DNA of 63,203 nt from a virus. Its lineage: Duplodnaviria > Caudoviricetes. Every line of letters begins with the position of its first letter. The first letter of the stretch is position 1. The notes beneath the pieces were generated by a model. The model worked only from the letters and a program-made list of their open reading frames with translations, was not told the origin of the DNA and searched no databases. The position numbers were made by a program, and so were the translations under genes. The stretch spans positions 1 through 63,203 of the IMG/VR virus record IMGVR_UViG_3300036781_000090, one strand, 5' to 3'. Positions 9,494-18,383 of this stretch are shown here, in pieces.

Positions 9494-9516
9494 GTTATTT
9501 GCCCGTTAAGGATACG

Positions 9517-9801
9517 TTAATCATCAAGCCGGTCTTTGCGATCAACGCAGTTTGCTACTACCGCATTGATTAGAGAGCGCATGGAACGTGGACTTGTTAC
9601 GCCATGCTCCATGAAGGTACTTACGATATTCCAACCATGTTCATGCACGACTAGCCGTTGCTCTGGCGTGAGGGCATCAATTCGCGCCATGCGGCGTTCA
9701 ATCTTAGGGCGTACCTCTTCTGTAGTCTTGCGTTGGCGTGGCAAAGGTTCATCATCGTTAAACTCGATGAAAACTCCACCAATATTAACACCATCTTTCA
9801 T
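9517..9801 (-). CDS. Hypothetical protein
   Basis: First protein gene of the leftward arm. Confidence 0.6.
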   Translation of the reverse strand: MKDGVNIGGVFIEFNDDEPLPRQRKTTEEVRPKIERRMARIDALTPEQRLVVHEHGWNIVSTFMEHGVTSPRSMRSLINAVVANCVDRKDRLDD

Positions 9802-9839
9802 CTGTGGCTCTCAGCGGATATCAATCATAAACGATGAAT

Positions 9840-9910
9840 TGGCGGCCCACCTAGGAATCGAACCTAAGAAGTTGCGGTAACGTTACCTCCGCACCCCACC
9901 CAGTCAGGCC
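9840..9910 (-). ncRNA. tRNA-like RNA / pseudo-tRNA
   Basis: Minus strand: T-arm CUUAGG-UUCGAUU-CCUAGG, acceptor GGCCUG/UGGGCC, encoded G-CCA end; D-arm and anticodon loop non-canonical. Confidence 0.6.
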
Positions 9911-9934
9911 ATTACGAATGTTCTACCATACACC

Positions 9935-9963
9935 TTGACAGCCGTGCAACAAAATAATACAAT
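9935..9963 (+). promoter_or_regulatory. Sigma70 promoter TTGACA-N17-TACAAT within operator variant TTGACAGCCGTGCAA; divergence point of the early arms
   Basis: Near-consensus elements; TTGCAC -35 on the opposite strand. Confidence 0.75.
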
Positions 9964-9987
9964 TTTTCCTTTGAAGCAAAATAAGGC

Positions 9988-10236
9988 TTGTTCATGAAGA
10001 TTGATGCGCGCGATTTGCTCAACCATGCCGAAGTCGAAAGGCTTTTGGCGGAAATACACCGGGCGGCCAAATGGCTACAGCGTTCCCCTGGTGGACTAAC
10101 GGCAGAGCTAGTTGGCAACGGTCGAATCCCTGAGCGCCTAGAGGCTGGCGGCTCTGTGCTGCATTCCACGGCGAAGAAATTGCGCGCGCTTATGGACAAG
10201 CGGATCAAGAAGCTAATTGAGGCGGATAAGAAGTGA
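9988..10236 (+). CDS. Small regulator, Cro-like by position
   Basis: First gene of the rightward arm; LL.EI…G…VGN…RL..GG…T..K pattern of alphaproteobacterial prophage regulators. Confidence 0.5.
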   Translation: MFMKIDARDLLNHAEVERLLAEIHRAAKWLQRSPGGLTAELVGNGRIPERLEAGGSVLHSTAKKLRALMDKRIKKLIEADKK

Positions 10237-10661
10237 CTTTCTGGACTGAAGATCGGATCGAGTGGTTGCGCCGGAACATCCATAACGGCCTATCGTCGGG
10301 TGTCACGGCATATCAGATTGGCTGCACACGAAACGCTGCAATAGGCAAAGCTAATCGGATGGGACTGCATTTCAAGTCTAAGGAAGGCCACAAGAGAAAG
10401 CCTATGGGTGGCAAACGAGTGCGTAAAAAGCCCATATTTATTGAACAAATCTACCCTTATCAGGAGGCGACCGTGGTTCCAGAACCAGTTTACGAGCCGC
10501 TACATCTGAGCTTTGGCCAGCTAAAGGATAGCCCGAAAATCTCGCAGTGCCGGTTTATCACATGCGATGGACCAACACGCTACTGCGGTCAACCCGTGAT
10601 CGCGGATTCGTCATGGTGCAAGCATTGCGCAAAGATCGTCTATCACCAGCGCGCGGCTTAG
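10233..10661 (+). CDS. gcrA: GcrA family cell-cycle regulator homolog
   Basis: WTEDRIE.L….GLS…A..IG.TRNA.IGKA.R.GL and C-terminal CRF…YCG…SWC.HC. Confidence 0.9.
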   Translation: MTFWTEDRIEWLRRNIHNGLSSGVTAYQIGCTRNAAIGKANRMGLHFKSKEGHKRKPMGGKRVRKKPIFIEQIYPYQEATVVPEPVYEPLHLSFGQLKDSPKISQCRFITCDGPTRYCGQPVIADSSWCKHCAKIVYHQRAA

Positions 10662-10693
10662 CGTTAACAATAGGTTAATGGACAGGAAATAAA

Positions 10694-11107
10694 ATGGGAC
10701 AAGCAGGAATTGGTGCGATGCTACACTACTTAGGCGGCGGTTCTAAGCACGATCCTAAGGAATATTACGGGCAAACGATTTTGGCCGCTGATATAGCCGA
10801 CGACAAACTAAGCCTAAAGCTTGATGGTGGGAAAACCATTGAAATTTGGGATAATGGCCAATCCTGCTGCGAGAACCGCTACATGCGGACGGATGACGAT
10901 CTCTCATCTTTAGTTGGCAATACTCTAGTTCGCATTGAAGCCAAGGATGGCCCTGACATTGGCGATAACGATTATGATGTTCATGAACAAGTGTTTGTGG
11001 AGGTCGGGACCGACAAGGGTTTTATCACCATCGCCAATCACAATGAACACAACGGCTATTACGGCGGCTTTGGTCTGACCATCACCGAGTCCGACGAACA
11101 GCGTTAA
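10694..11107 (+). CDS. Conserved phage protein
   Basis: QSCCE…TDKG…HNGYYGG motifs. Confidence 0.7.
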   Translation: MGQAGIGAMLHYLGGGSKHDPKEYYGQTILAADIADDKLSLKLDGGKTIEIWDNGQSCCENRYMRTDDDLSSLVGNTLVRIEAKDGPDIGDNDYDVHEQVFVEVGTDKGFITIANHNEHNGYYGGFGLTITESDEQR

Positions 11108-11445
11108 GTATCCAACAATGAACAAGGAGAGTTAAATGCTCTATGATCCGAAGTGGGAAAAGATTGAAACAAAGGCCGATCCGCACAGCGTTGCTGGGAT
11201 TGATTGTTTGGTTGGAGAATCAACCAGCAGATAAAATATATTGCTATGAGGACAGTGGCCGGTGTTTGGCTGCTCAATATCGGGCGGCTATTGGCGAAAA
11301 ATACATTCCTCCGGGCGCAGATTTGTCGATATTGCGCCTTCCGAAATCTGAATGGCCATTTACCGATATTCTGGAGGATGTTGCGGTTAAAAAACCGCGT
11401 ACTTTTGGTGCTGCTCTAAAACGTGCTCGTTCATTGTAGTGCAGT

Positions 11446-11676
11446 GTGGAGACAAAGATGTCTGAAACCGAAGCGGAAGCAGCTTTCGCCGCACTGAGAG
11501 TCGCGGAACAAGAATGTTGGTCGATCAATTGCCAAAATTACCCTACGGGCGGTGGAGATGCTGAAGTCGGTTGGGAAGTTATCAGCCATTGGCAGGCTGA
11601 GCCACGCGAACGAGTAGAAGGGTATGGAAGAACTCCTCTTGAGGCCCTTAAGGAAGCTATCGCAAAAAATCGCTGA
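11446..11676 (+). CDS. Hypothetical protein
   Basis: GGAG RBS before MSETE. Confidence 0.6.
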   Translation: METKMSETEAEAAFAALRVAEQECWSINCQNYPTGGGDAEVGWEVISHWQAEPRERVEGYGRTPLEALKEAIAKNR

Positions 11677-11844
11677 TATCACTGAACAACAAACAACGGG
11701 AGATTTTATGCCAGACATGCACCTGATGGATTACTACTTCCACAAGATGGTTACTGCGGTTGGGCCAGAATGGCGCATTGCTCGCCGCCGTGCCTATCAG
11801 CACGGCTTCAATAGCGGGTGGACAAACCTTAAGGAGCCGGTCTG

Positions 11845-12030
11845 ATGAAAACGGGCGACCCCGACATGCCTGACTTGAGCTTGTGCAGCTTCGAATATCT
11901 TGCCGCCGAAATGAGGAAGCGTGGTGCGACCGTTACGCCTGCGCCTCACGGTGGTGACTTTGAAAGCCCGATGCAGCACATCGCTGACGACATTCGCGAT
12001 GGCGTTTTCCCGCGCAAGTCGCCGCGTTAA
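11845..12030 (+). CDS. Hypothetical protein
   Basis: AAGGAG RBS; stop lies in junction motif. Confidence 0.55.
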   Translation: MKTGDPDMPDLSLCSFEYLAAEMRKRGATVTPAPHGGDFESPMQHIADDIRDGVFPRKSPR

Positions 12031-12054
12031 CACCCTGTAAGCATTGAGGACGCT

Positions 12055-12291
12055 ATGTCTGACAGAGACGCGCATATCGCTATCATGGTTGCTGCCGCCA
12101 GAGGCGTCGGCTTGCGTCTGTCTGCTGATGAAGTCTGGGCGCTATCTCAGGATGAAGCCATCGTAGCAGCCGCTACAAATGGTCTCGACGAGATCGACTG
12201 GCCAGGTCACGCCGATGCTAAATCTTACGTCCGATGGGAAAAGATTAAGCGTTATCGCAAAGGGCGCATCGGTAAGAATTTCGCGGTTTAA
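12055..12291 (+). CDS. Hypothetical protein
   Basis: GAGG RBS; flanked by junction motifs. Confidence 0.6.
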   Translation: MSDRDAHIAIMVAAARGVGLRLSADEVWALSQDEAIVAAATNGLDEIDWPGHADAKSYVRWEKIKRYRKGRIGKNFAV

Positions 12292-12331
12292 CTGTTAACG
12301 GCCCGTCAATGAACAACAAACAGGAGAGAAC

Positions 12332-12634
12332 ATGAAAGAGGGAAATAATAGCACAGCCGAGCGCAACGAATATGGGGCTCGTATCAACAATCTACATAAT
12401 CAAAAAGACGATATCGATCAGGATATCAAAGACATTTACCTTGAGGCAAAGAGCAAAGGAATTGAAGTTCCGGTTCTTAAGCGCGCGGTGAAACTGCTGC
12501 GCGAAGATGAGGAAAAGAAACGCAAGCGTTTGGAAATTGAAGAGGAAGCCGAATTGGTGGCGAAGTCCTTGGGAGAATATCTCAATACGCCTTTGGGCCA
12601 AGCCGCCGTCCGTAATGTTCTAGTGGCAGGTTGA
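12332..12634 (+). CDS. gapR: GapR/DUF2312 family nucleoid-associated protein
   Basis: RI.NL..QK..I.QDIKDIY.EAKS.G.….LKR.V.L. Confidence 0.8.
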   Translation: MKEGNNSTAERNEYGARINNLHNQKDDIDQDIKDIYLEAKSKGIEVPVLKRAVKLLREDEEKKRKRLEIEEEAELVAKSLGEYLNTPLGQAAVRNVLVAG

Positions 12635-12637
12635 GTC

Positions 12638-13204
12638 ATGAGCCTGTACGAGTATCAACCAACTACGTCAGAATTGAAATTCTATCGAGACAGACAGCGC
12701 GCGCGGGCTAATATGGAAGCCCGCGCCAAGCCAATTAAGCATACCATCAAGTTTAATCTACCGGAGCGCGGCTCCTTCGATTTCTGGGAAATGCCAAGCC
12801 CATGTCAAGGATTTGAAATCAAAACTATTAATGCGGACCGACAGTTATCCCATGTATTTTATACGATTCGAGAAATCCAGGAAATGGTCTGCCTACTTGG
12901 CCACGTTACCTTGAACGATCTTATTTCAGCCCATCGGCATCAAAACATCTGTAATGCGCGCCATGTTGCGGTGGCCCTTTGTCGGGTTTTTACTAGTCGG
13001 TCAATGCCAGAAATAGGCCGTATGTTTGGTGGAAAGGATCATTCAACTATCCATAATTCTATTACCAAAATGAAACCTGTAGTTGCGGAAATTGAATGGT
13101 CATTCAATGCTCAATCTCTGGAGTACATTGTGCGCTCTGCGCTTGATGTGTGTTGGCGTCTATATCCGCCTGCAAAATATTCGCGACATGGCGCTAGGCC
13201 ATAA
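12638..13204 (+). CDS. DnaA C-terminal (domain IV) HTH protein
   Basis: DL.S..R…ARHVA..L.R..T..S.PEIGR.FGGKDHSTI..S..K. Confidence 0.85.
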   Translation: MSLYEYQPTTSELKFYRDRQRARANMEARAKPIKHTIKFNLPERGSFDFWEMPSPCQGFEIKTINADRQLSHVFYTIREIQEMVCLLGHVTLNDLISAHRHQNICNARHVAVALCRVFTSRSMPEIGRMFGGKDHSTIHNSITKMKPVVAEIEWSFNAQSLEYIVRSALDVCWRLYPPAKYSRHGARP

Positions 13205-13206
13205 AA

Positions 13207-13761
13207 ATGAAGAAAAGATATAGACTTCCATCTCAGGAACTTCTCAAATCTCGTTTAAATTACAATCCAGACACTGGGATATTTACGTGGATAATAAAAC
13301 CGGCTTGGGGAACTTACATAGGTGATATAGCTGGCGGCCCGCGAAGAAAATCCCACGGAACTTATTTAGCCATTAAGATTTTGGACTACGGTCAAATTGA
13401 CTCTCATCGACTTGCTTGGATTTACGTCCACGGCTCGATTCCAGACGGCATGGAAATTGACCACAAAGACCGGAACCCATCCAATAACCGTCTATCGAAT
13501 CTTCGGCTAGCCACTTCCTCAGAGCAAAAACGCAACAAAGGTGTTCAGTCAAATAATCGTTGCGGACTTAAGGGCGCTTTTTACCACAATAGGCATGAGG
13601 GGAAACCAAACTACGCCTCTTGCAAGAATTGGCGATCACAGATCAAAGCGCCGGATAAAAAGCTGATCTTCCTCGGGTATTTCCATACGCCAGAAGATGC
13701 CCATGAAGCCTACAAGGCGGCGGCTGTTAAATATTATGGCGAATGGGCTTGCTTAGGATAG
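13207..13761 (+). CDS. HNH homing endonuclease with AP2-like domain
   Basis: YNPDTGIF.W…HRLAW.Y..G…IDH.DRNP.NNR..NLR.AT…LG.F.T.EDAH.AY. Confidence 0.9.
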   Translation: MKKRYRLPSQELLKSRLNYNPDTGIFTWIIKPAWGTYIGDIAGGPRRKSHGTYLAIKILDYGQIDSHRLAWIYVHGSIPDGMEIDHKDRNPSNNRLSNLRLATSSEQKRNKGVQSNNRCGLKGAFYHNRHEGKPNYASCKNWRSQIKAPDKKLIFLGYFHTPEDAHEAYKAAAVKYYGEWACLG

Positions 13762-13786
13762 CCTTATTTTTCTGCATATTTAGCAG

Positions 13787-13801
13787 TTGACAGCCTGTCA
13801 A
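13787..13801. promoter_or_regulatory. Palindromic operator/-35 (rightward promoter)
   Basis: TTGACAGCCTGTCAA, then GCTATGGT and a GATGGGGA leader. Confidence 0.8.
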
Positions 13802-13847
13802 AATAGGCTATGGTGTATCTATGATGCACACGGATGGGGAAGACAAA

Positions 13848-14042
13848 ATGTCCTACAAAATCGAAGGTTCGACGGAATGGGGCGCTGGAATTGGTCCGAA
13901 CGGAACCGGAAAGCGCAAAATGGTCTGTGGTTTCTATGTAGTGTCTCCAGAAGGCCGGAAGGTTCGTGCCTTTACCGGGATGAATGCAGAGGCTGATGCT
14001 GGAAAATGGGCCGCTTTCTGCAATGAGAATTTACTCAAATAA
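13848..14042 (+). CDS. Hypothetical early protein (start MSYKI)
   Basis: GGGGA RBS after the promoter. Confidence 0.65.
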   Translation: MSYKIEGSTEWGAGIGPNGTGKRKMVCGFYVVSPEGRKVRAFTGMNAEADAGKWAAFCNENLLK

Positions 14043-14143
14043 TGGCTTGTGTGGCCACACAGGAACGCCGGGCGGGGCGTTCGCCAAAATACCGCCCACT
14101 AATTTCTCGCTAACGACAACTCAATGAACAAAGGGGAAATAAA

Positions 14144-14602
14144 ATGAGCTTGGACGTTTATCTTACCGCCGATGTGCCGCCCACCGCGCCTACTGATGGG
14201 AGCGGCATCTTTGTGCGCCGAAATGGGCAGACTGTTGAAATGTCGCGCGCCGAATGGGATCGCGCATTTCCGGGACAGGAGCCAGTCGTTCTCACTGCTG
14301 AAGCTGATGTTGATCGAGGCGTCTATTCGGCCAACATTACACACAATCTCGGCAAGATGGCTGACGCAGCGGGTATCTATAAGCATCTGTGGCGACCTGA
14401 GGAAATTGGCATCAAGACGGCCAACGAATTGATAGAGCCTCTGGCGGCGGGTGTTGCGCGACTTAGGGCTGATCCTGCCAAGTTTGAACAGTTCAACGCT
14501 TCAAATGGCTGGGGTCTATACGAACATTTTGTTCCGTTCGTTGAAGAATATCTTCGCGCCTGCAAGCAGTATCCTAACGCACTTGTCAGTGTTTCGCGTT
14601 AA
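14144..14602 (+). CDS. Conserved phage protein
   Basis: MSLDVYL…NITHNL.KMA…NGWG.Y motifs. Confidence 0.75.
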   Translation: MSLDVYLTADVPPTAPTDGSGIFVRRNGQTVEMSRAEWDRAFPGQEPVVLTAEADVDRGVYSANITHNLGKMADAAGIYKHLWRPEEIGIKTANELIEPLAAGVARLRADPAKFEQFNASNGWGLYEHFVPFVEEYLRACKQYPNALVSVSR

Positions 14603-14612
14603 GGAGCGGTTA

Positions 14613-14840
14613 ATGCTGGAGCGTTTCAAAGAACGAACCGAAAGCGGCGGCATCGTGATCCACGCAGGTGGGTTGGATGGGAACGACTACACGCTTTGCG
14701 GCTACGCCGAGGAAGGTCATGCGATGGGGAGCGAGGACACATCGCTTGAGCCGGTGACGCGCGGGAAGGTGAGCTGCGAAAACTGCATCGCTATCATCCG
14801 GTTCGGCAAGAAATTTCCAGCGAGACTGCTGGCGAGCTGA
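14613..14840 (+). CDS. Hypothetical zinc-binding protein (start MLERF)
   Basis: H…TLCG…VSC..C; ATG overlaps the right half of a junction motif. Confidence 0.6.
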   Translation: MLERFKERTESGGIVIHAGGLDGNDYTLCGYAEEGHAMGSEDTSLEPVTRGKVSCENCIAIIRFGKKFPARLLAS

Positions 14841-14870
14841 TGGAACGTTAATAAAACAGGAGTTCTGAGG

Positions 14871-15056
14871 ATGAAGCACTCTCTCGAAAGAACATCGCCA
14901 AAAGGTAAGCCGTTTATCGGCACCTGCACTCTTTGCGGCGTGGCAAATCTCACGCCAAATGCCGCCCTGCAGGATTGTGAGAATGTGCGCGGACTTTCTC
15001 AGGACGAAGCACTCATCGAAGCGATTGTCGGCCCCGCCTCACGCGTGAAGGCATAG
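14871..15056 (+). CDS. Hypothetical protein
   Basis: RTSPKG.PFIG.C.LCG. Confidence 0.6.
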   Translation: MKHSLERTSPKGKPFIGTCTLCGVANLTPNAALQDCENVRGLSQDEALIEAIVGPASRVKA

Positions 15057-15263
15057 GAGGAGACGATGGCGAAGCGACGGAAAGCAGCAAAGCGCAGACC
15101 TAAAATGTTGGATATCCGCGTCTTGCTGCCACGCGTGAAAGGCAGTGTGCGACTCTATCGCGTGATTGGCATTGGAGAGGACCAGCGTCTCTACGAACTT
15201 CAAGTCGCAACAATGTCCGCCCCGGCGCAACGCTAACGCGTGCTGAATAAGCAGGAGGTTTGA

Positions 15264-15557
15264 ATGGCGAATGATTGCATCATCCTGAACGGCCCACAGA
15301 TGTCCGAGCGCCGTGCCATTCTATACGGTCGTTCCGCGTTGGTTTACTTCGATGGCAAGTGGCTTTCTTATGATCGCGCGCCGGATGATGTCGAAGCGCA
15401 CATAGGCCCGGCGTTGGTAGTGGTCGGCACCACTCATGCAGCGATGGATGAAAACGCGGGCGTGATCTTCGCTCACCCCGAACACCAGCCGACCTTTCTC
15501 GACTATCGCACTTCTACCTTGCACCCGTGCGAGTTTAGCAAAGAGGCAGACCACTAA
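15264..15557 (+). CDS. Hypothetical protein
   Basis: GGAGG RBS. Confidence 0.6.
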   Translation: MANDCIILNGPQMSERRAILYGRSALVYFDGKWLSYDRAPDDVEAHIGPALVVVGTTHAAMDENAGVIFAHPEHQPTFLDYRTSTLHPCEFSKEADH

Positions 15558-15775
15558 TAACGGATGACAATCATGGTCGAGACAATTTCAAAAGAGACCT
15601 TCATCGGCCTAACCGAGCAGATGTTGCGCTTCGGCGGCGCGTGGACGATGTCGCTGAGCAAAGACGGATGCACGCTTTTATATGACGGCAAGACCCACAA
15701 CATTACCGAGCAGATGGCGGATGTCATGTTTAAGTGCATCCCGCGCAAGTGCAAAGACTCACCAGGACCCACCCC

Positions 15776-16924
15776 ATGACCGACACAGCAGCACAGGGAT
15801 TGAGTGAGCGTTCGCCCGGTGACGTAGACCGAGTTATCACACACGACGAGGCGCAGGAGTCAGCGCAACGGCTTATCAATAGCCATTTCCACAAAGAGCC
15901 ACACGCGCGCATCGGTATTCCCGCGCGTCCCGGCTACGACGACGACCTAGTGATCTGCCAATACATTCGCCAGCAAGTCGCCCTCGCCTCCCCGGTGCCA
16001 GCACAAGCGGAAGGGAGGGCATGGGTTGGCAATTCGTATATGCAAGGAGATAAAGTCCTCGGCTTCATAGAGTATTCTGACACGACCGGCTGGCATTGGT
16101 TTGTGCCAAGCGCGTTTGGCGAATTAGGCCAATCTTGGAAGGCTAACGATGCAGCGCAAGCTCGTGAAGCCGTGGTCGCCGCCCTCTCCCCGCAGCCCGG
16201 CGCATCCGACAGCACGCGGGCGGGGTTGAGTGAGGCTGGACGCCAGCTGGTTGCAGACGCCATCGCGGATATGGAAACGAACATCACCCTGTTCAGCCAT
16301 CACAAGGCGCTTTGGCTTAAACTCGGTAAGGAGCGCCTCACCGCCGCTCCCCACGCGCAGCAAGCAACGGTCGGAAATATGACTGTCGGTATCTGCGAAA
16401 GTTTTGCATCAATCGGCATAGACATTTCGGAGGATCAGCTACGCCAGTTCGAGAAGTCGCTGTTCGAGCGTGGTTTAAACTTCGCCCTCCGTACCCCACC
16501 ATCGCCGGGTGAGCATCCCGATGAAAAACCTTTGATTATTCGAGCGGCTGAAAGTGACGCACGCGCCCTGATCGAGCGGATGCTTATTCGTCGCGGTGAC
16601 GTAGAAGGTGTTGCACAAGGTCGAGCAATCGCCATTGCCGAGGCACTGTTGCGCGGTGGCATGTTAGCGCCGCGTGAGCAGAACAGCGCAGAGAAGGCGA
16701 TGTCGCCGGAGGATTGGCAATTCCTAGACCGTCTTAGGCGCGACAACACCTATGACGGATCCCGCTTTGTGATCGAGAGCGAGCCCGATTTCTCCCAAGC
16801 GTTCCGTCTCTCTGACGAAGGCTATATAGGAATAGATCAGCGCGGCACAGGCATCATTTGCCACATCAGCCGAAAGGGACTGAAAGCCCTCAACGCCTCT
16901 CCCTCGAACGCCAAGGCAGATTAG
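15776..16924 (+). CDS. Mosaic multi-module accessory protein (start MTDTA)
   Basis: ATGA-coupled; unrelated segments joined by AL(A/S)xP-type Ala/Pro linkers. Confidence 0.65.
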   Translation: MTDTAAQGLSERSPGDVDRVITHDEAQESAQRLINSHFHKEPHARIGIPARPGYDDDLVICQYIRQQVALASPVPAQAEGRAWVGNSYMQGDKVLGFIEYSDTTGWHWFVPSAFGELGQSWKANDAAQAREAVVAALSPQPGASDSTRAGLSEAGRQLVADAIADMETNITLFSHHKALWLKLGKERLTAAPHAQQATVGNMTVGICESFASIGIDISEDQLRQFEKSLFERGLNFALRTPPSPGEHPDEKPLIIRAAESDARALIERMLIRRGDVEGVAQGRAIAIAEALLRGGMLAPREQNSAEKAMSPEDWQFLDRLRRDNTYDGSRFVIESEPDFSQAFRLSDEGYIGIDQRGTGIICHISRKGLKALNASPSNAKAD

Positions 16925-16954
16925 TTCTACGCCCTCACCAATCTGGAGATTTAG

Positions 16955-17212
16955 ATGGCCGAATATCCGAAAGAGATGACCCCGGCATTGCGCGAAGTCC
17001 TCGGCATGATGTGTTTCGAGTTCATCAAGCTTGTGCAGGGCTTCCGCGCTGCTGGATACGAAATCAAGACGCGCGCCGAGGATGAGCAGGCGTTCATGCT
17101 GCACTGGCTCATTCCCTTCGCGCTGGAGCATGGCGACAATTGGCGTCAGGCTGCTGGCGTAGAACTCAGTAAAATCTACGAGCAAGCCAAGGCTAAAGAG
17201 AAGGTCGCCTAG
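16955..17212 (+). CDS. Conserved phage protein
   Basis: LREVLG.MCF…RAEDEQA..LHW…HG..W. Confidence 0.7.
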   Translation: MAEYPKEMTPALREVLGMMCFEFIKLVQGFRAAGYEIKTRAEDEQAFMLHWLIPFALEHGDNWRQAAGVELSKIYEQAKAKEKVA

Positions 17213-17248
17213 CTTATTCATGCGCCATCAACAACACAGGAGACTAAA

Positions 17249-17491
17249 ATGAAAAGCAGAGACTTCGCATTCTGGCTACAGGGTTTCTTTGAACTTGGCG
17301 GCGGCGCGGATGGCCTCAACGCGCAACAGGTTGCCATGGTCAAACAACATCTTGGTTTTGTCTTTCAGCATGACCCCGACATTGCGGCCAAACCTCATGT
17401 CACGCTCGGTCAACCCGCAAGAACCCTATTCCCGAGTCCGCTAACATCGGTCCACGTTCCAACCGACACATCGGCAACGATGATTTGTTGA
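17249..17491 (+). CDS. Conserved phage protein
   Basis: DF.FWLQGFFE…I/VK.HL..VF.H. Confidence 0.7.
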   Translation: MKSRDFAFWLQGFFELGGGADGLNAQQVAMVKQHLGFVFQHDPDIAAKPHVTLGQPARTLFPSPLTSVHVPTDTSATMIC

Positions 17492-17517
17492 TGGCTAGTC
17501 ACTGATGGAGAATTGGA

Positions 17518-17802
17518 ATGGCCTTTGAAGAAGAAATCGCACAGATCAAGCTCGAACATTTCGAGAAACTAAAGTCGCGGCGGCTCATCATTCTTGTCGA
17601 AGCTGACTATGGCTTTGATGTGGAGCAATGGATGCCTGACGGCGTTGCGCCAACATCGTCCTACGATACAGCTCAAGAAGCTGCGGCTCGCGTCCTGCAA
17701 TTGCTGAAATTGAAGGACCCCGTGACGCCGCAGAACTGGCCAGAGGTCGTTGGCATCGGCTCAACCGGCGGCCCACCGGAGCCGCAGCCAAAGATCGTTT
17801 AG
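17518..17802 (+). CDS. Hypothetical protein
   Basis: GGAG RBS. Confidence 0.6.
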   Translation: MAFEEEIAQIKLEHFEKLKSRRLIILVEADYGFDVEQWMPDGVAPTSSYDTAQEAAARVLQLLKLKDPVTPQNWPEVVGIGSTGGPPEPQPKIV

Positions 17803-17833
17803 CGGTTACGTGTCGTCAACAATTGAGGAAACG

Positions 17834-18108
17834 ATGAAACGTAAGGCACATAGGCACGAAGCGACGGCATGGATGGAAGCCCATGTTTCTTACGCGGGCA
17901 GCGAATGCCTGCCGTGGCCTTTCAGCGGAAATTGGAACGGCTACGGCCATCTAGGCGTAGACGGAAAGTTGATAATGATAAGCTCGAACAGATTTGCTCC
18001 CTAAAGGGGAAACTGAACCAGCGCGAAATTGGGGCATTGTTTGGTATTTCGTACCAGCACGTGAGCGTTATCCAGAATAAGAAACTGCGCCGTCAGCAAG
18101 CCGCCTGA
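17834..18108 (+). pseudogene. Internally deleted HNH endonuclease (N-terminus plus C-terminal HTH, frameshifted)
   Basis: ECLPWPFSGNWNGYG N-terminus joins out of frame to QREIGALFGISYQHVSVI HTH; catalytic HNH core absent. Confidence 0.65.
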
Positions 18109-18158
18109 GTAAATTGGTGTCATCACATAAATGTTAATTAGAAATAAGTGAACAGAAC

Positions 18159-18365
18159 ATGGCACATATCACGATCCAAGACCTAGAGCGTCGAGCTAAC
18201 CTTCAGCGTCTCATTGACCGTAAGGATGCTGCTAGAGGACGCCCGCTTACTGATGCTGAGAAGGCCGCAAATCTGATGCGCGCCATGACGCATTGTTGGG
18301 AGTGTGAAGGATATGTTGGTTGGAGCGCTGAAACTTGTAGCCACTGTGGCAAACAACTAGTTTAG
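18159..18365 (+). CDS. Zinc-ribbon protein
   Basis: CWEC…CSHCG. Confidence 0.6.
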   Translation: MAHITIQDLERRANLQRLIDRKDAARGRPLTDAEKAANLMRAMTHCWECEGYVGWSAETCSHCGKQLV

Positions 18366-18383
18366 TTCATTAATCATAAATGA

